Assembly (NCBI RefSeq): GCF_004010195.1
Contig: NC_057719.1
Span: 31,280,722-31,318,282 of the forward strand
Source of the DNA: Chiloscyllium plagiosum
Taxonomy: Eukaryota
Length of the DNA: 37,561 nt
Reading direction: 5' to 3'
Made by a program: the position numbers and the translations under genes. Positions 1 to 13,022 of this stretch are shown in pieces; the first letter of the stretch is position 1, and the number at the start of each line of letters is the position of its first letter. The notes under the pieces were generated by a model that did no database searches, was not told where the DNA came from, and worked only from the letters and a program-made list of their open reading frames with translations.

Positions 1-16
1 CCTTCTCTCGCCCCCA

Positions 17-68
<52 letters not shown>

Positions 69-90
69 CCCCACCACTCTCTCTCTCTCG
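1..90. repeat. (CT)n microsatellite with a repeated CTCGCCCCCACCACT unit
   Basis: Directly visible dinucleotide run; the interrupting motif occurs twice. Confidence 0.95.
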
Positions 91-99
91 CGCCCCCTC

Positions 100-413
100 C
101 AACCTTTAAGCATGTGTTGTACTTATACTGGTGTTTGAAGAGAGTGTGCTTATTGGGACTGTTGTGTATATTAGGAACAGCTTACTTCGGTCTAGTTGGA
201 TAGGCTGAGTTCTGTAGGGGTTCTTTATTCTGTTCTTTGTGTTTCATTCTGTAATTTTGTGAATGTATTTTTGCCTGTTCTAAAATCAAGGAATCAACCT
301 AGCTAACTTACTCCAGGTAATTTTCACTGCACACTTACTGAAACAAATTGCAAAGTTATGGCCTGAACTGTCTGCTTAACCAAGTTTTGAGTGGCCTGGC
401 TTAGTCCATAACA
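100..413 (+). mobile_element. Possible 3' part of an LTR (solo LTR, truncated by the window start)
   Basis: Ends in ...CCATAACA, typical of Gypsy-type LTR termini. The 5' end and TSD are not visible. Confidence 0.35.
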
Positions 414-629
414 GTTGACTGAATTTTATTTTGGTAAAAAGCTGTTTTTCATGGTAAACTTCCTGAATGAACCTTCTCTCCTGTGGGTACCCCTTTGCAA
501 AATTGTTTTATTGTTTGCAGCCAAACATATATGATGAGTCAATCCATATAAATCAACACAATCTGGATTGTCAGCATACTACCAAAGTGTCAGGGTGCCA
601 ATTTAATTAAGTAAATTTTATACTTACAC

Positions 630-835
630 AAAAACTGAAATTGCTGGAAATGCTGAGCAGGTGTGGCAGTATCTGTGGAGTGAAACCAGAGTTAATGTTT
701 CAGGTGCAGTGATCCTTCCATAGAATCATTCTGAGGAAGGGTGACTGCACCTGAAACATTAACTCTGATTTCTTCCAACAAATGCTACCAGACCTGCTGA
801 GCTTTTGTTTCTGTTTTCCAGAATCTGCAGTTTTT
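630..835. mobile_element. Palindromic Penelope-type terminal-repeat remnant
   Basis: Perfect 24-bp inverted arms at 687-710 and 744-767 within a longer imperfect inverted repeat. Related motifs (AAACAGAAA...TGCTGG...CAGCATCTGTGGAG) recur at 9560-9730. Confidence 0.6.
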
Positions 836-1485
836 TCTATTTATATTTGTATAAAAATAACTAATGGTATTCAAATATTTATGTGATTTAAGATAATTCA
901 CCAAAAAAGGAAACGACTAGGCTACACAAATGTGGTTCACAAATCATGGTGAAGGGAGCAAGTCATTTAGCCCATCAAGCTGGTTTCTGGCATTTAGTTT
1001 GCTGACGTGCATCTGTTTGCCTGCCTTGTTATACTAGAAGTGGCATTTCCAGATGTGCAATTGATATTTTTAATTTATCTGGGATCTGAAGGGTGTCGGC
1101 AGTGGAGTTGAAATGAAAGGTAAACCATTAACCTCAAATAACGGAGCAGTTTAAATGGCTGAATGGTGGTCGCTGCCTTTTTTTAACATGTTCATTGTAC
1201 TGACAAAGTAGCAAGAAAAACTAACATTTAGCTTTTTCTGAATTTAACTTTTATGCATACCTATGATCTTGATGCACTTTTTGTGAAGTGTGATATGGTT
1301 GGGTGATGGTTATAGTCTGATATAGAGTCATAGAGATGTACAGCATCATGAATTTATTTTTAAATAAATATTTGCTAGTATGAAACTAAAGTGTAGCTGT
1401 AGAAAGATATTTTGTTGAATCTTTCACCTTGCATTCATCAAGACAATTCACATGTATGCACATATATTACTGCACAGGGCCCTGT

Positions 1486-2192
1486 CACAGAGTATTACAG
1501 CACGGAAACAGACCATGCCAAACATGATCCCAAACTAAACTAGTCCCATCTGCCTGCTCCTGGCCCATATCTCTCCAAAACAATGTTGTTACTGTACCTG
1601 CATCCTTCCGTTCCTCTGGAAATTCATTTCACACACTAACCACTATATGTGTAACAAAGAAAATTGCCCCGCATGTCCTTTTTTTTTAAAATCTCTCCTC
1701 TCATCTTGAAAAATATGCCATCTCGTGTTGAAATCTCCCATCTTTAGGAAAAGAGACTACCATTAGCCTATCTTAAACCCCTAATTAGATTAGATTACTT
1801 ACTTCCCTCGTAAATATCTTCAGATCCCTGTCTAGTTTGATAATATCATTCCTGTAGCAGGGCAACCAGGACTAGACACAGTATTCTAGCAGAGGCTTCA
1901 CCAAAATCCTGTATAACCTTAACATGACATCCCAAAACTTGTACTGAAAGGACTGAGCGATGAGGGCAAGCATGCTAAACACCTCTTTAACCACCTTGTC
2001 TATATGTGGTTCAGACTTCAAAGAATCAGGTATCTGAGCCCCGAGGTTCGTCTGTTCTACAACTTCTGCCCAAGACCCTTCCATTAATTGTGTAAGTCCT
2101 GCCTCTGTATGTACTGAAATGCAATACCTCTCATTTCTCCAGATTGAACTCCGTCTGCTATTTTGCAGCCCATTTGATGAAGATCCTTTTGT
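1486..2192 (-). mobile_element. CR1-clade LINE (HER1-like) 3' fragment
   Basis: The minus-strand ORF ends ...DVMLRLYRILVKPLLEYCV, a CR1 ORF2 C-terminal motif. The 3' end matches other copies in the window. Confidence 0.85.
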
Positions 2193-2203
2193 AATGTTAG
2201 AAA

Positions 2204-2530
2204 AGACACGGTGGCTCAGTGGGTAGCACTCCTGCCTCACAGCGCCAGGGACCCGGGTTCAATTCCTGCCACGGGCAACTGTCTGTGTGGACTTTACACA
2301 TTCTCTGTGTCTGCGTGGGTTTCCTGCAGGTGCTTCGGTTTCCCCCCTCAGTCCAAGATGTGCAGGTTAGGTGAATTGGCCATGGTAAATTGCCCGTAGT
2401 GTAGGATGCATTGGTCAGGGATGAATGTAGGGGAACGGGTCTAGATGAGTTGCTCTTCGGAGGGTCAGTGTGGACTTGTGGGGCCGAAGGGCCTGTTTCC
2501 AAACTGTAGGGAATCTAATCTTATCTAATC
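2204..2530 (+). mobile_element. tRNA-derived SINE (HE1-like)
   Basis: A-box TGGCTCAGTGG, B-box GGTTCAATTCC, V-SINE-like core, LINE-like 3' tail GGGCCGAAGGGCCTGTTTCC and (ATCTA)n end. Highly similar to 7891-8205. Confidence 0.9.
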
Positions 2531-2559
2531 AAACTTGTTTTAATACAAAATATGAGCAG

Positions 2560-3020
2560 AAGAAATTTTACAAGGATGTTGTCAAGACTTGAGGGTCTGA
2601 GTTAGGGGAAGCGATTGGACAATTTAGGACTTCTTTCTTTAGAACATAGGAGACTGATGGGTAATCTGATAGGAGTGTATAAGATCATGAGCGGCACAGA
2701 TAGGATGAATGCACTCAGTATTTTTCCCAGGTTTAGGGAATCGAGAACTAGAGGTCATCAGTTTTAAGGTAAGAGGGGAAAGAATAAAAAGGAACCTGAG
2801 GGGCAACTTTTTTTTTAACACACCGAGGTGGTACGGCTATGAAATGAGCTGTCAACGAAAGTGCTTGGAGTGTACGTTAGCAGCATTCTGAAAGACATTT
2901 GGGCAAATACACGGATAGGATAGGTTAGAAGGATATGGGCCAAGTGCAGGGAAATGGGGTTAGCGTGGATGGACCAATTTGAGCCAACGGGTGTGTCTCT
3001 ATGCTGTAGGACTCTGACTC
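2560..3020 (+). mobile_element. CR1 LINE 3' fragment
   Basis: Decayed RFTRML...RRLRGDLIEVYKIM-type coding sequence and a CR1 3' UTR ending ACTCTGACTC. Confidence 0.85.
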
Positions 3021-4143
3021 GTTTTCTGGTTTATCTCAGACCAGTTGCGCCTTGACCAATTGGGGTCAGTTTGTCTGGTTTAAAAATGAAACACAGCTTG
3101 GCAGCTAACTGTGGGTCCTTATCTGCTTTCTGTGATTAAAGCCTTTATTAATCAGTCCACTTGCGAATCAATCAACTTTTTTATTTTCATGCATTATAAA
3201 TGTTTTCCCTTTACTTTGGTATTTCTTGGAAATTGTCTGATGATGTGTGCAAGACAAGAAGCTTTATCTTGACATCTTTTTTTTCAGATATACTAATTTA
3301 TTTTTCATATAATTTCTGTGGGAATGGGAAGAATGGGTTGTACTGCAGTTATTTTGATAGAAACGTTCACAACTCCAGAATTGGGCAGTAGTGCAAATTT
3401 TTGAAAAGTGTTTTAAGAACGTCAAAATAAGGACTTAATTTCTGATGGTAAGCTGGGTGAGTAGCAGGAGTTGACAGAATTGCAATAAATAAGGAAATGA
3501 GGCTTAAGTATAAAGCTGACAAGTGGCATCACAAAGCAAATTTGTTCCCTTTTTAAAAAATGCAAATATGAAATTTTGAATTAGGTGAGGTCAAGTGGAA
3601 CATTCATAAGGAAGGAGTTGGTCGCAGACATTGCCCCAATAGCTCCTTATGTATCCATGGCTGGGTTGACTTGGATGTACCTGAAGCAGAAGCTAAAGTG
3701 TATGGATTTTTAATCATGCAGCAGAACTCTTGCTTCAAAATTACAAGAGGACTTTAAGACTTAAATTGAACTACCATAACTAGCCTGCTGGGAGTGAGGG
3801 CAAGGAAGGAAAAGCTGGAGAAAGGAAGAATGAGGCAGAAGTGAAGCCTGAAGCTTGGGCAAATATTGAAAAGTTTTTTTATTAATTTTTTTTGTCTGGA
3901 TAAAGTGTTGCTGCAGAGTTGAAGTGATGTTCTAACTTTATCAACATTGTTAAATGTATCTCTAGTTTTATTACCATAGGACATTCCTCATTATATTTGA
4001 ATTAAAATTAACATACATTTCAATTTATTGTCACCAATATGGTTATCCCAAATTTTCACAACATAAGTCTTCCTTCTAAAATATGTTCTAGAATGAAATG
4101 CTTTATATAAATTTAGGTGTGTGTGTGTGTTTATATGTGACAG

Positions 4144-4261
4144 GTCAGAAGAGCCAGAGGAGAAAAAGCAAAGGAGTGATGCAACATTAGCATCTGCCCA
4201 GCTGATGAGTGGGGACTTACAGGCTAATCAGTCTGCATATAATTACAATGCTTGGTATCAG
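4144..4261 (+). CDS. PRPF39: PRPF39 (pre-mRNA-processing factor 39), penultimate coding exon
   Basis: Acceptor CAG at 4141-4143 and donor GTAAGT at 4262. Translates (G)SEEPEEKKQRSDATLASAQLMSGDLQANQSAYNYNAWYQ, matching the recalled vertebrate PRPF39 C-terminus (GSEEPEEKK...GDLQANQAVYNYSAWYQ). Confidence 0.92.
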
Positions 4262-4789
4262 GTAAGTAGTTTGAGAATCATCAACTCACTTCTGGTTTCT
4301 TTGAAGGACTGAGTTTCCATGTTCAGTTTTGTGCTAATACACTTTTTTTTAAAAAAAAAAACCCTACTTGAAAATATTGACTTATGTTGAATTGGATATT
4401 TTGCAATCAACTCCTTCAGGGGTATTGTTTCTCCCTGGGACCTGAACCAACAGTACTGACGACTACTCTGGTGTCACTTCCTCCACATTCACTTGTAGGA
4501 CTGAGTAGTAAAAACATCAAACTTATATAGTCTAGTTTGTTTAACAAAAAATACAGATCATAAAAATCCCATGTCTCTCTAATCTGTTAAGTTTCAGATG
4601 GTCATTAGGTCATGACAACTGTTGCTATCCTTCAACTTTCTCCGTCAACTTTAATCAGGATTTCCATTTCTAATTGATATTCTGTCTGGGCGATGAATGT
4701 AGTACACCTCCACTGTACAAGTATTATGTGCTAAATACATGATGCACTGCAACATCTCACTAAGATTACTACTGCAGCATCTCCTAGGT

Positions 4790-5105
4790 TATCAAAGATC
4801 CTTGCATCGCACTTTCCAAACTTATACCATTACCATATAGAATGAGAACATGTACGTGGACACTCTTATCACCTGCAAGTTCCCCTTAAGTCATTTAGCA
4901 TTCTGACTTGGAAATATATCACCATTCCTTCAGTGTCATTGGGTCAAAATCTTGTAATTCCCTGCCTAACAACATTGTGCTTTTATTTACAACATATGAA
5001 TTACAACCGTTCAAGAAGGTTACTCACAACCACCTTCAAGGGCAACTAAGTACGGGCACTAAATACTGACCTCACCAGAGATGCCCATGTCCCACAAGTG
5101 AAGTT
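4790..5105 (+). mobile_element. Old LINE (CR1/L2 group) 3' end remnant in the PRPF39 last intron
   Basis: Decayed WNSLP-like coding end followed by CACCTTCAAGGGCAACTA...AAATACTG...GCCCATGTCCC, resembling L2/CR1-group 3' ends. Confidence 0.55.
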
Positions 5106-5861
5106 TTTTTTTAAAAAAGCACTATCTCAGGCCTCACAGGGAAATACAGTAGATTATTTTCCAAGTCTAAAACAATCCAGATTTGAAGATGTATTGACAT
5201 CCTTTTGCCATCTCTTGACCAAAATCTAAGTACACTCAAATAGCACTGACGGAGCATCTTCACCACATGGATTACAGTACTTCATGATGGCAGACAACTA
5301 CTTTCCCAGTAACCAGGAGGTGCTAAACATCCTCATTTGAGAATTAAATTTTCAATGTTAATTCACTCTTGTATTTTAGAAAAGTCTTAAATTCTAAATA
5401 TCACTTGCAATACTTTGCAAGTTTGTGCTACACTATTATGCAACTCAATTATTTTATATTTAGCATTAAGAATCTCTGAAGTAGAGAAGAAGACTGAGCA
5501 GCTAAGTTGATTGCTGAATTTCAACATATCACATGCATGCAAATCTAATCTTTATGTTGGGCTGGTATTCTATTTATCAGCTGAATCCATGGGATTTAAA
5601 CAAAAGAATAGTTTTGGCAATCAGTCTAATGTGCATAGGTCTGCCTAAAGTTCGCATAATTCAATGCTCATGTCTCAGATGGGTAAACGAAAGTAAATCG
5701 GCAAAGCTTTTCTTTACATATGACTATGATACTTGATCTGGAAGTCTACATGTTTACAATGAAAGCTTAAATTGTATGATCACCAAAATACATTAAGTTT
5801 TTAAGTGCTTTTATTTTGAAGTTTCTATCGTATATTTAATTTTTTTTTTCTTCTCCAACAG

Positions 5862-5915
5862 TACAATTATGCAGCACCATGGAACTATGGGCAGTATTAC
5901 CCACCACCTACATAA
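5862..5915 (+). CDS. PRPF39: PRPF39 terminal coding exon
   Basis: Long polypyrimidine tract and CAG at 5859-5861, in phase 0 with the previous exon. Translates YNYAAPWNYGQYYPPPT*, matching the PRPF39 end (YNYQNPWNYGQYYPPPPT). Confidence 0.92.
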   Translation, partial: YNYAAPWNYGQYYPPPT

Positions 5916-6440
5916 TATACTGGAATTTCTTGTGCTGAGATGTTCCTTTCCGTTTTAAAAGTAAAGAGTGGAAAATATTGCATCTTAATGGACTTACTAT
6001 CCAAGACTGTGAATTTCTTTCTCAAGGATTAAAACTAGGGGAAAGTTGTTTACTGGAAAATGTTTGAGATCCGATCAGATTTACGTACAAAAGTGTTTTG
6101 AGAATTTCTCATCTTTTTTGAATGCAGTTTTTTTAAAAAAAATCTTCATACATAATTTGTTAATAGGAAAATAAATTTTAAAGATACTGCAGAGCACCAC
6201 TGGTATAGTTTCTTATCTGGCAATTTCATGCAGCTGTGGAATTTTGAAAAATTGCTAAGCTACATAATCAGGTATGCAACTAATACATTGTAATTGAGAA
6301 CTTCAAAGACGTGTTGCTTTTTATGTTTAATTAAAATAAGCATGCACATCGGGAAGATCTGATTTTAGATACTTAAAAGAAAGTGCCTCCTTTTGTGAAA
6401 TAATACTGTTACATGCATTAAATATTCTTAAACAAAACAC
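5916..6440 (+). other. PRPF39: PRPF39 3' UTR with candidate polyadenylation signals
   Basis: AT-rich sequence after the stop with no repeat recognised; AATAAA at 6170-6175 and ATTAAA at 6417-6422. The true end is not determinable from sequence alone. Confidence 0.55.
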
Positions 6441-7418
6441 GAGCAATGGGATTTTGAGGATTTACACCTGGCCACCCTATTGTGATATCATGTCGCTAAT
6501 CAGATCAACATTAAACATACAAGTTGCCTCTTGTAAATATACTATAATTTTAGAAGCATTTTTATTAAAGAGTTGTTACCATTATCTATTAGCTAGCAGC
6601 AAGTATAAAAGGGCTACTTATTTTTTTGAGCAGATTCCTTTTCCAAAACTTGTGCAACTTAGAACTCCACACATTTGTAACTATCTTTTAAGTATAGAAA
6701 AGCAGCAAGTGAGATCTGCTCAAGACCAAGTAGAAAGTTCAAAACACACCAGGAATGTTTTTATGTTCAGGCTGATCAGATAGAAAGGATTGCATGGGAC
6801 AGATGTGGATCACATTGTGGATTTCATTAAGAAATGTCTGTAATATGAGAAAAGTTACTTAGACTGGTATTTTGGATGTTATTCAAATGAGCTGCAGATT
6901 TTTTTTTTATCTCAAACCCTTTTCTAATTTTGAGTCAGAATTTTACTAAGCTCTGTTGATTTAATGCATTTGTCCTGGGTATCACTTCATATCAATAAGA
7001 TTTCCATCATCAATGCAATTATATTGTAAATTTAGGAAATATGATACCAGAAGATGAGAATATCAGAGTAAAGCTGGTCATCTGAAAGTTGATGGGTCGA
7101 GCTGTGTTACTATCCTGATTCATGTCAGTAGATGTTCAGGTCCATCAATGTCCGCACATCCTTTCATAATAACTCTGGTTTTATTTGATTAAGAGAAGAT
7201 ATCAACCTAAACATTTGTATCTTTCCATGCAGATTACTTTGTCATATTCCAAGGTTAATATTTTGGCTACACATGACCAATCTGACCCCAACTTTACAGC
7301 TAGAAAGATCTCTCGGTTTTTTCTTTTGCCCCTCTACCATTGTGAACTAATCTCATTTGTGGAGAAGACATGTGTTTTTGGCTTTTCTTTGTGCATGGGC
7401 ATGCGCAATGCATAAATT

Positions 7419-8710
7419 TAGAGTCATAGAACTGTACAGCACAGAAACAGACCCTTTGGTCCAACTCATTCATGCCGACGAGATATCCAAATTAATCTAG
7501 TCACATTTGCCAGCATTTAGCACATATCCTTCTAAACCTTCCTAATCGTGTACCCATCCAGATGCCTTTTCAATGTTGTAATTGTACCAGCATCCATCAC
7601 CACTTCATGCGGTAGTTCATTTCATACACTCACCACCCTCTGTGGGTAGAAGTTGCTTCTGAGCTCTCTTTTAAATCTTACCCCTCTAACATTAAGCCTG
7701 TGCCCTCTAGTTTTGGACTCACCCACTCCAAGCAAAGATCTTGACTATTCACCCTATCCATACCCCTCATGATTTTATAAACCTCTGTAAGGTTACCCCT
7801 CAGCCTCCTAATGCTCCAGGGCAAACAGTCCCAGCCTATTCAGCTTCTCCCTATACCTCAAACACTCCAACCCTGGCAATATCCTTATAATTAGGGCCGG
7901 CTCAGTGGTTAGCACTGCTGCCTCACAGCACCAGGGTCCCAGGTTCAATTCCAGCCTCAGGTGACTGTCTGTGTGGAGTTTACACATTCTCCCTGTGTCT
8001 GCATGGGTTTCCTCTGGGTGCTCCGGTTTCCTCCCACAGTCCAAAAATGTGCAGGTTAAGTGAATTGGCCGTGCTAACTTGTCCATAGTGTTAGGTGCAT
8101 CAGTCAGAGGGAAATGGGCCTGAGTGGGTTACTCTTCGAAGGGTCGGTATGGCCTGGTTGGGCGGAAGGGCCTGTTTCCCCACTGTAGGGAATCTCATCT
8201 AATCTAAATCTTTTCTGAAACCTTTTCAATTTTCACAACATCCTTCCCGTCAACTAGAGTGGCCTAACCAAAATCCTGTTCAGCTGCAACATGACCTCCC
8301 AGCTCCTGTAATCAATACACTGACCAATGAAGGCAAGTATGTCAAACATAGTCTTCACTATCCTGTCTACCTGGGGCTCCACTTTCAAGAACTATGAACC
8401 TGCCCTCGAAGGTCTCTTTGTTCAGCAAAATTCCCCAGGACCTTATTATTGAATGTGTAAGTCCTGTTGTGATTTCCTTTGTAAAATACAGCGCATTGTC
8501 TAGATTTAAACTCCATCTGCCCCTCCTCGGCCCATCTGATCAAGATCCTGTTTTATTCTGAGGTAAGCTCTTTTGCTGTCCACTACATCTCCAGTTTTGG
8601 TGTCATCTGCAGACTAACTAACCATAACTCCATGTTCATATACAAATGCTGAAAAGCAATGGACCTAACACCAATCCTCGTGGCAAGCCCCGATCACAGG
8701 CCTCCAGTCT
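7419..8710 (-). mobile_element. CR1 (HER1-like) LINE 3' fragment, split by a SINE
   Basis: Begins with the reverse 3' tail AGAGTCATAGA...CAGCACAGAAACAGACCC. Colinear with the copy at 14878-16380 on both sides of the SINE. Confidence 0.88.
7891..8205 (+). mobile_element. tRNA-derived SINE (HE1-like) nested in CR1
   Basis: A/B boxes (GGCTCAGTGG, GGTTCAATTCC) and (ATCTA)n tail. Interrupts the CR1 sequence ATCCTTATAA|ATCTTTTCTGAA. Confidence 0.9.
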
Positions 8711-8859
8711 CAAATTGATGTTTTTAATTCGGTTGACATATAATGGAATTAGCACATGAATACGTTGTGAAGAAATATGTAAAGTTCTGTGCTATTAAGG
8801 AATTAATTTCAACACTTAGGACTTCAGGCAAGTATTGAGACGCCATGGTTTATATGCGA

Positions 8860-9255
8860 AATTTGAGTATTGGATCTAAGGAAGAGGCATACAAATCAGC
8901 CAGAAAAAAAAAGACCTGAGGTGTGGGAGCACTTTAATGCAAAAGGTGTTAGAGGTTTGTTAAGAAAGAAAGAGTATGAGGATAAGCTTAGGGAAACAAA
9001 AACTGAATTGAAAACTTTGTATAGGTATGTGAAGAGAAGATTGAGGAATACAAATGTAGGTCAGTACAGTCAGCAAAGGTATCTAATGTAAATCTATTTT
9101 TATAAAATGCTAAGCGAAAACCAAGAATTCGAGATGGGTCCGCCTGATGTCGGTAGTGGAAAAATGCTAGTGGCCTTCATAAAGGATTTAACGGGATAGA
9201 CAAGTTGGACCAAAGGGTCTGTTTCCATGTTGTACGATACTGATTCTATGATGTA
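8860..9255 (+). mobile_element. Degenerate CR1 fragments
   Basis: KKEYEDKL...KTLYRYVKRR...NVG is a CR1 ORF2 linker motif. A CR1 3' tail (TTGGACCAAAGGGTCTGTTTCCATG...TTCTATG) lies at ~9205-9250. Confidence 0.65.
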
Positions 9256-10207
9256 GATACAACATATGGAGTGCTGTAAAGTGGAAACAGGCTACTGAAT
9301 TGGATTATCACCCATGACCGAAATGAATGACAAAGCAGATTGAGCATGCCAAAAGTTCTACACCTGCTCTTATTTTCTGTTACAAGCCAAGAGTGAACCA
9401 CTTCCTTGAACTGAACCAATGCAGTTGGTGATTTTTTTTTTTAGTGTAACTTGAAAAGTATTAGACCCTGACCCTACAGAAACAGTTTTTCCTATGTTCA
9501 CCCTGTTTGGTCTTGTAAGAATTTTCAAAGTCTCCTCAAAATCAAAAATAGTAGTGATTTAAAAACAGAAAATGCAAGAGAAATTCAGAGACTGGAAGCC
9601 TCTGGAGAGAGAGCAAGATTTAATGTCTTAAACAACAGAAAAGGAATTGCGAATGTTGGAAATCAGAAACAAAACTGAATTGCTGGGGTAAAAAAAGCTT
9701 CTCAGACTTCCAGCATCTGTGGAGAGAAAGGTTTGGGTTGAAGTCATCTTTCGTCAGAAATTCTGTGTTTTACGATTTTATACTCCTTTTACACTTGATG
9801 AAGGAGCAGTGCTCCAAAAGGTAATGCTTCCACGTAAGTCTGTTGGACTAGAACCTGGTATTGAGATTTTTAACTTTGTGCACCCCAGTCCAACACTGGC
9901 ATCTCCAAATCCCTCTAAATACTTCTTATTCATATACCCACCCAGATGCCTATTCAGCATATACCTCGAATGGTCCAACCCTGACAACATCCTTGTAAAT
10001 TTTATCTGAACCCTTTTCAAGTTTCGCAACATTCCTTCCAGTAGGAAGGAAACCAGAATTGCACTCAACGTCCTCTTTGAAGTCACAAACTTTGACCAGT
10101 AAGTGGTTTAAGAAGGTTGTCCTTTACCATATTTCAGTCAGTGAAGGACAACAAATTTTGCCTAGTCAACAATACCCGCATCATTTCAAGGAACATTTTC
10201 ATTTGAT

Positions 10208-13022
10208 TTGGAGGTGCCGATGTTGGACTGGGGTGAACAAAATTTAAAAATTACACAATACCAGGTTCTGGCCGAACAGGTTTATGTGGAAGCTCGAGCA
10301 TTTGGAGCGCTGCTCCTTCATCTGGTGATTGTGGAGTATAACATTGTAAGACGCAGAATTTATAGCAAAACTTTACAGTGTGATGCAATTGAAATTATAT
10401 ATTGAAAAACAGCTGGATTGTTTGTGAAGTCTCTCATCTTTTAGAATGACCATATTTGTTTCAGTTCTTTCATATGTAAATCCCAGAACTTTTTTTCTTA
10501 ATTATATTCTCAAGTGAACTTTAACAATAGTTCTCATGTCAGCTCAGATAATGCATTGAAAGTGTGAGGCATCCTGTGTGAGGCTCTCTGTGCTCCAATG
10601 TTCAGACTGATCCTATTCCCTAAAAAGGGGGTTTACAGAATCTTGGATTCATGCAGTTTTTGAGCAAAATAAAATGTAATTCTACAAGTGCAAATTCACC
10701 CCACAAATCTGTGTAGGGAGGGGGTTGCATGGGTATTAGTGTGTAAAGTGGTATAAGTCTGTGAGGGTGTGTATGAGAGAGAGCTTGTGTATGAGAGAGG
10801 GTGTGCATGTGTGTATGGGTCTATAGGAGTGTGTGTGTGGTGTATTGGGGTCACTTGTAGTGTGACATGAGTCCAAGGCCCCAGTTGAGGCCATCCTCAT
10901 TGGTACTGAACTTGGCTATCAGTCTCTGCTCGGCCACTTTGCATTGTTGCCTGTCCCGAAGTCCACCTTGGAGCATGGTCAACTGAAGATTCTAGGTCGA
11001 ATGACCCAGACCACTGGAGTATTCTCCGACTGGGAGGGATCTCTCCTGTCTGTTGATTGTCCAGTGTCCATTCATCCATTGCCATAGCCTCTGCTCGGTC
11101 TTGCCAATGTACCGTGTCTGCAGCGTGAGAGATAGGCAACATTGGCTGAGTTGCAGGAGTACCTGCCATGTACATGGTGGGTGGTGTCCCTACATGTAAT
11201 GGCGGTGTCCATGTCAACACTCTGACACTTCTTGCAGTGTCTGCCATGGCAGGGTTGTATGGTGTTGCCCTGAAAGCCGAGCAGTTTGTTGCATGCAACA
11301 ATCTGTTTGAGGTTTGGTGGTTGTTTAAAGGTGAGAAATGGAGGTGTGGGGAAGGTCTTGGCGAGGTGCTAATCCTCATTGATGATGTGCTGCAGGCTGT
11401 GCAGAAGATGGCGTAGTTTTTCAGCTCCTGGGAAGTACTGGACAACGATGGGTACCCTGTCGTTGCTCATGTCTGTCTCCTGAAGGAGGTCATTATGGTT
11501 TCTTACTGTGGCAAGTCAGAACTGGCGGTCGATGAGTTGAACATTGTAGCATTCTTGAGTACTTCCAAGTGCCCATTATGTTCCTTCTCATCTGAACAGA
11601 TCCTGTGTATTTGAAGGGCTTGTCAGTCAGGGGTGGCTGTTTTAATATGTTTCAGGTGGAAGCTGGAGAAGTGTAGCATTGTGAGGTTATCTGTGGGTTT
11701 GCAGTAGGGTGAGCTGATGGTGTGTGTGTGTGTGAGAGAGAGAGAGAGATGGGTACCCTCTCAGTTGTAGCTAGTGTCTGTCTTCTGAGGAGGTCATTAT
11801 GGTTTCTCACTGTGCCATGTCGGAACTGGTGGTTGAGGAGTTGAGCATCGTAGCCTGTACTTATGAGGGCATTTTTGAGTTCTTCCAAGTGCCTATCATG
11901 TTCCTCCTTATCTGAACAGATGCGGTATGGCCCCCCAATATGCCAACATTCTCATGCACAGGCTCGAACAAGACTTCTTTACGCAGGACCTCCAACCAAC
12001 ACTCAATAACAGGTATATTGATGACATTTTCTTCTTCTGGACCTATGGTGAGGAATCACTGAAATAACTACTGAGTGATATCTTTGAGTTTCATCCCACT
12101 GTCAAACACACCATGGACCACTCTCCTATCTGTCTCATTCTTAAACATATGCATCTCCTCCATGTAACTACCCCATGTTCTACGCAGTCTGTAACATGTT
12201 ATCAGTGAGGATGAGCACCTCGCTAAGACCTTCCCCACACCTCCACCTCTCGCCTTCAAACCGATCACTGTTTGCAGTAAACTGCCCGGCTTTCAGGACA
12301 ACGCCAAGATGTGTCAGAGATGTGACACAATACCATCATTACACGTGGGGGACACTACCCACCCTGTATCCCACACATTCACGCAGACCCTCTCTCATAC
12401 ACAAACTCTTTCATGCTCACACATACACCCACACTCTCACAGACTTATATTCTCATATAGCCATGCACACACTCTGTCTCCCCTGCACGCATGTACGCAC
12501 ATATAAGTTGGGGAATTTGCACTTTCAGAACTACATTTTATTTTGCTCAAAAATTGCATAAATCCATGTAAGATTCTGTAAATCCGACTTCAGAACTAGA
12601 ATCACGACCCTAACTGTGGGACACACACACACTTTAAATTCACACCTTCAATGCATTATCTGAGTTGAAATGAGGTAAAAACAATGACTGCAGATGCTGG
12701 AAACCAGATTCTGGATCAGTGGTGCTGGAAGAGCACAGCAGTTTAGGCGTCATCTCGATGCTGCCTGTTGTCTAAAGCAATCTTGAGAACGTATCTTTTA
12801 AAAAAAGTTCTGGGATTGCATATGAAGAAACTGAAACTAACATGATCATTCTAAAAGATGAAAGACTTTAGCTAAATTAGTTTAATATTAGGTTCATGAC
12901 ACGACATTCCTGTTGCTGGAAAGTCTGTCTTATGATTCTACTCCACAACCACCTGATGAAACAAGCGCTCTGAAAGCTAATGCTTCTAAATAAACCTGTT
13001 GTGCTATAATCTGGTATTGTGG
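10208..13022. mobile_element. Rearranged Penelope-like retroelement (inverted structure) immediately upstream of the FAU copy 1 promoter
   Basis: Minus strand ~11060-11180 encodes a frameshifted GIY-YIG remnant (HVHGRYSCNSANVAYL..C / YIGKTEQRL..WMNGH). Plus strand 11927-12060 encodes MAPQYANILM...RYIDDIFFFW (RT core). Both ends are inverted copies of the same terminal repeat. Flanked by a 13/14 direct repeat (10194-10207; 13023-13036). Confidence 0.85.

Noticed and set aside
2204..2280. tRNA-like A/B boxes (also at ~7895-7955)
   Set aside because: These are SINE heads followed by SINE body and tail, not tRNA genes.
1..4143. Additional upstream PRPF39 exons or the PRPF39-hosted SNORD127
   Set aside because: No segment translating to the expected preceding PRPF39 peptide and no convincing C/D snoRNA was found. 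They probably lie upstream of the window.
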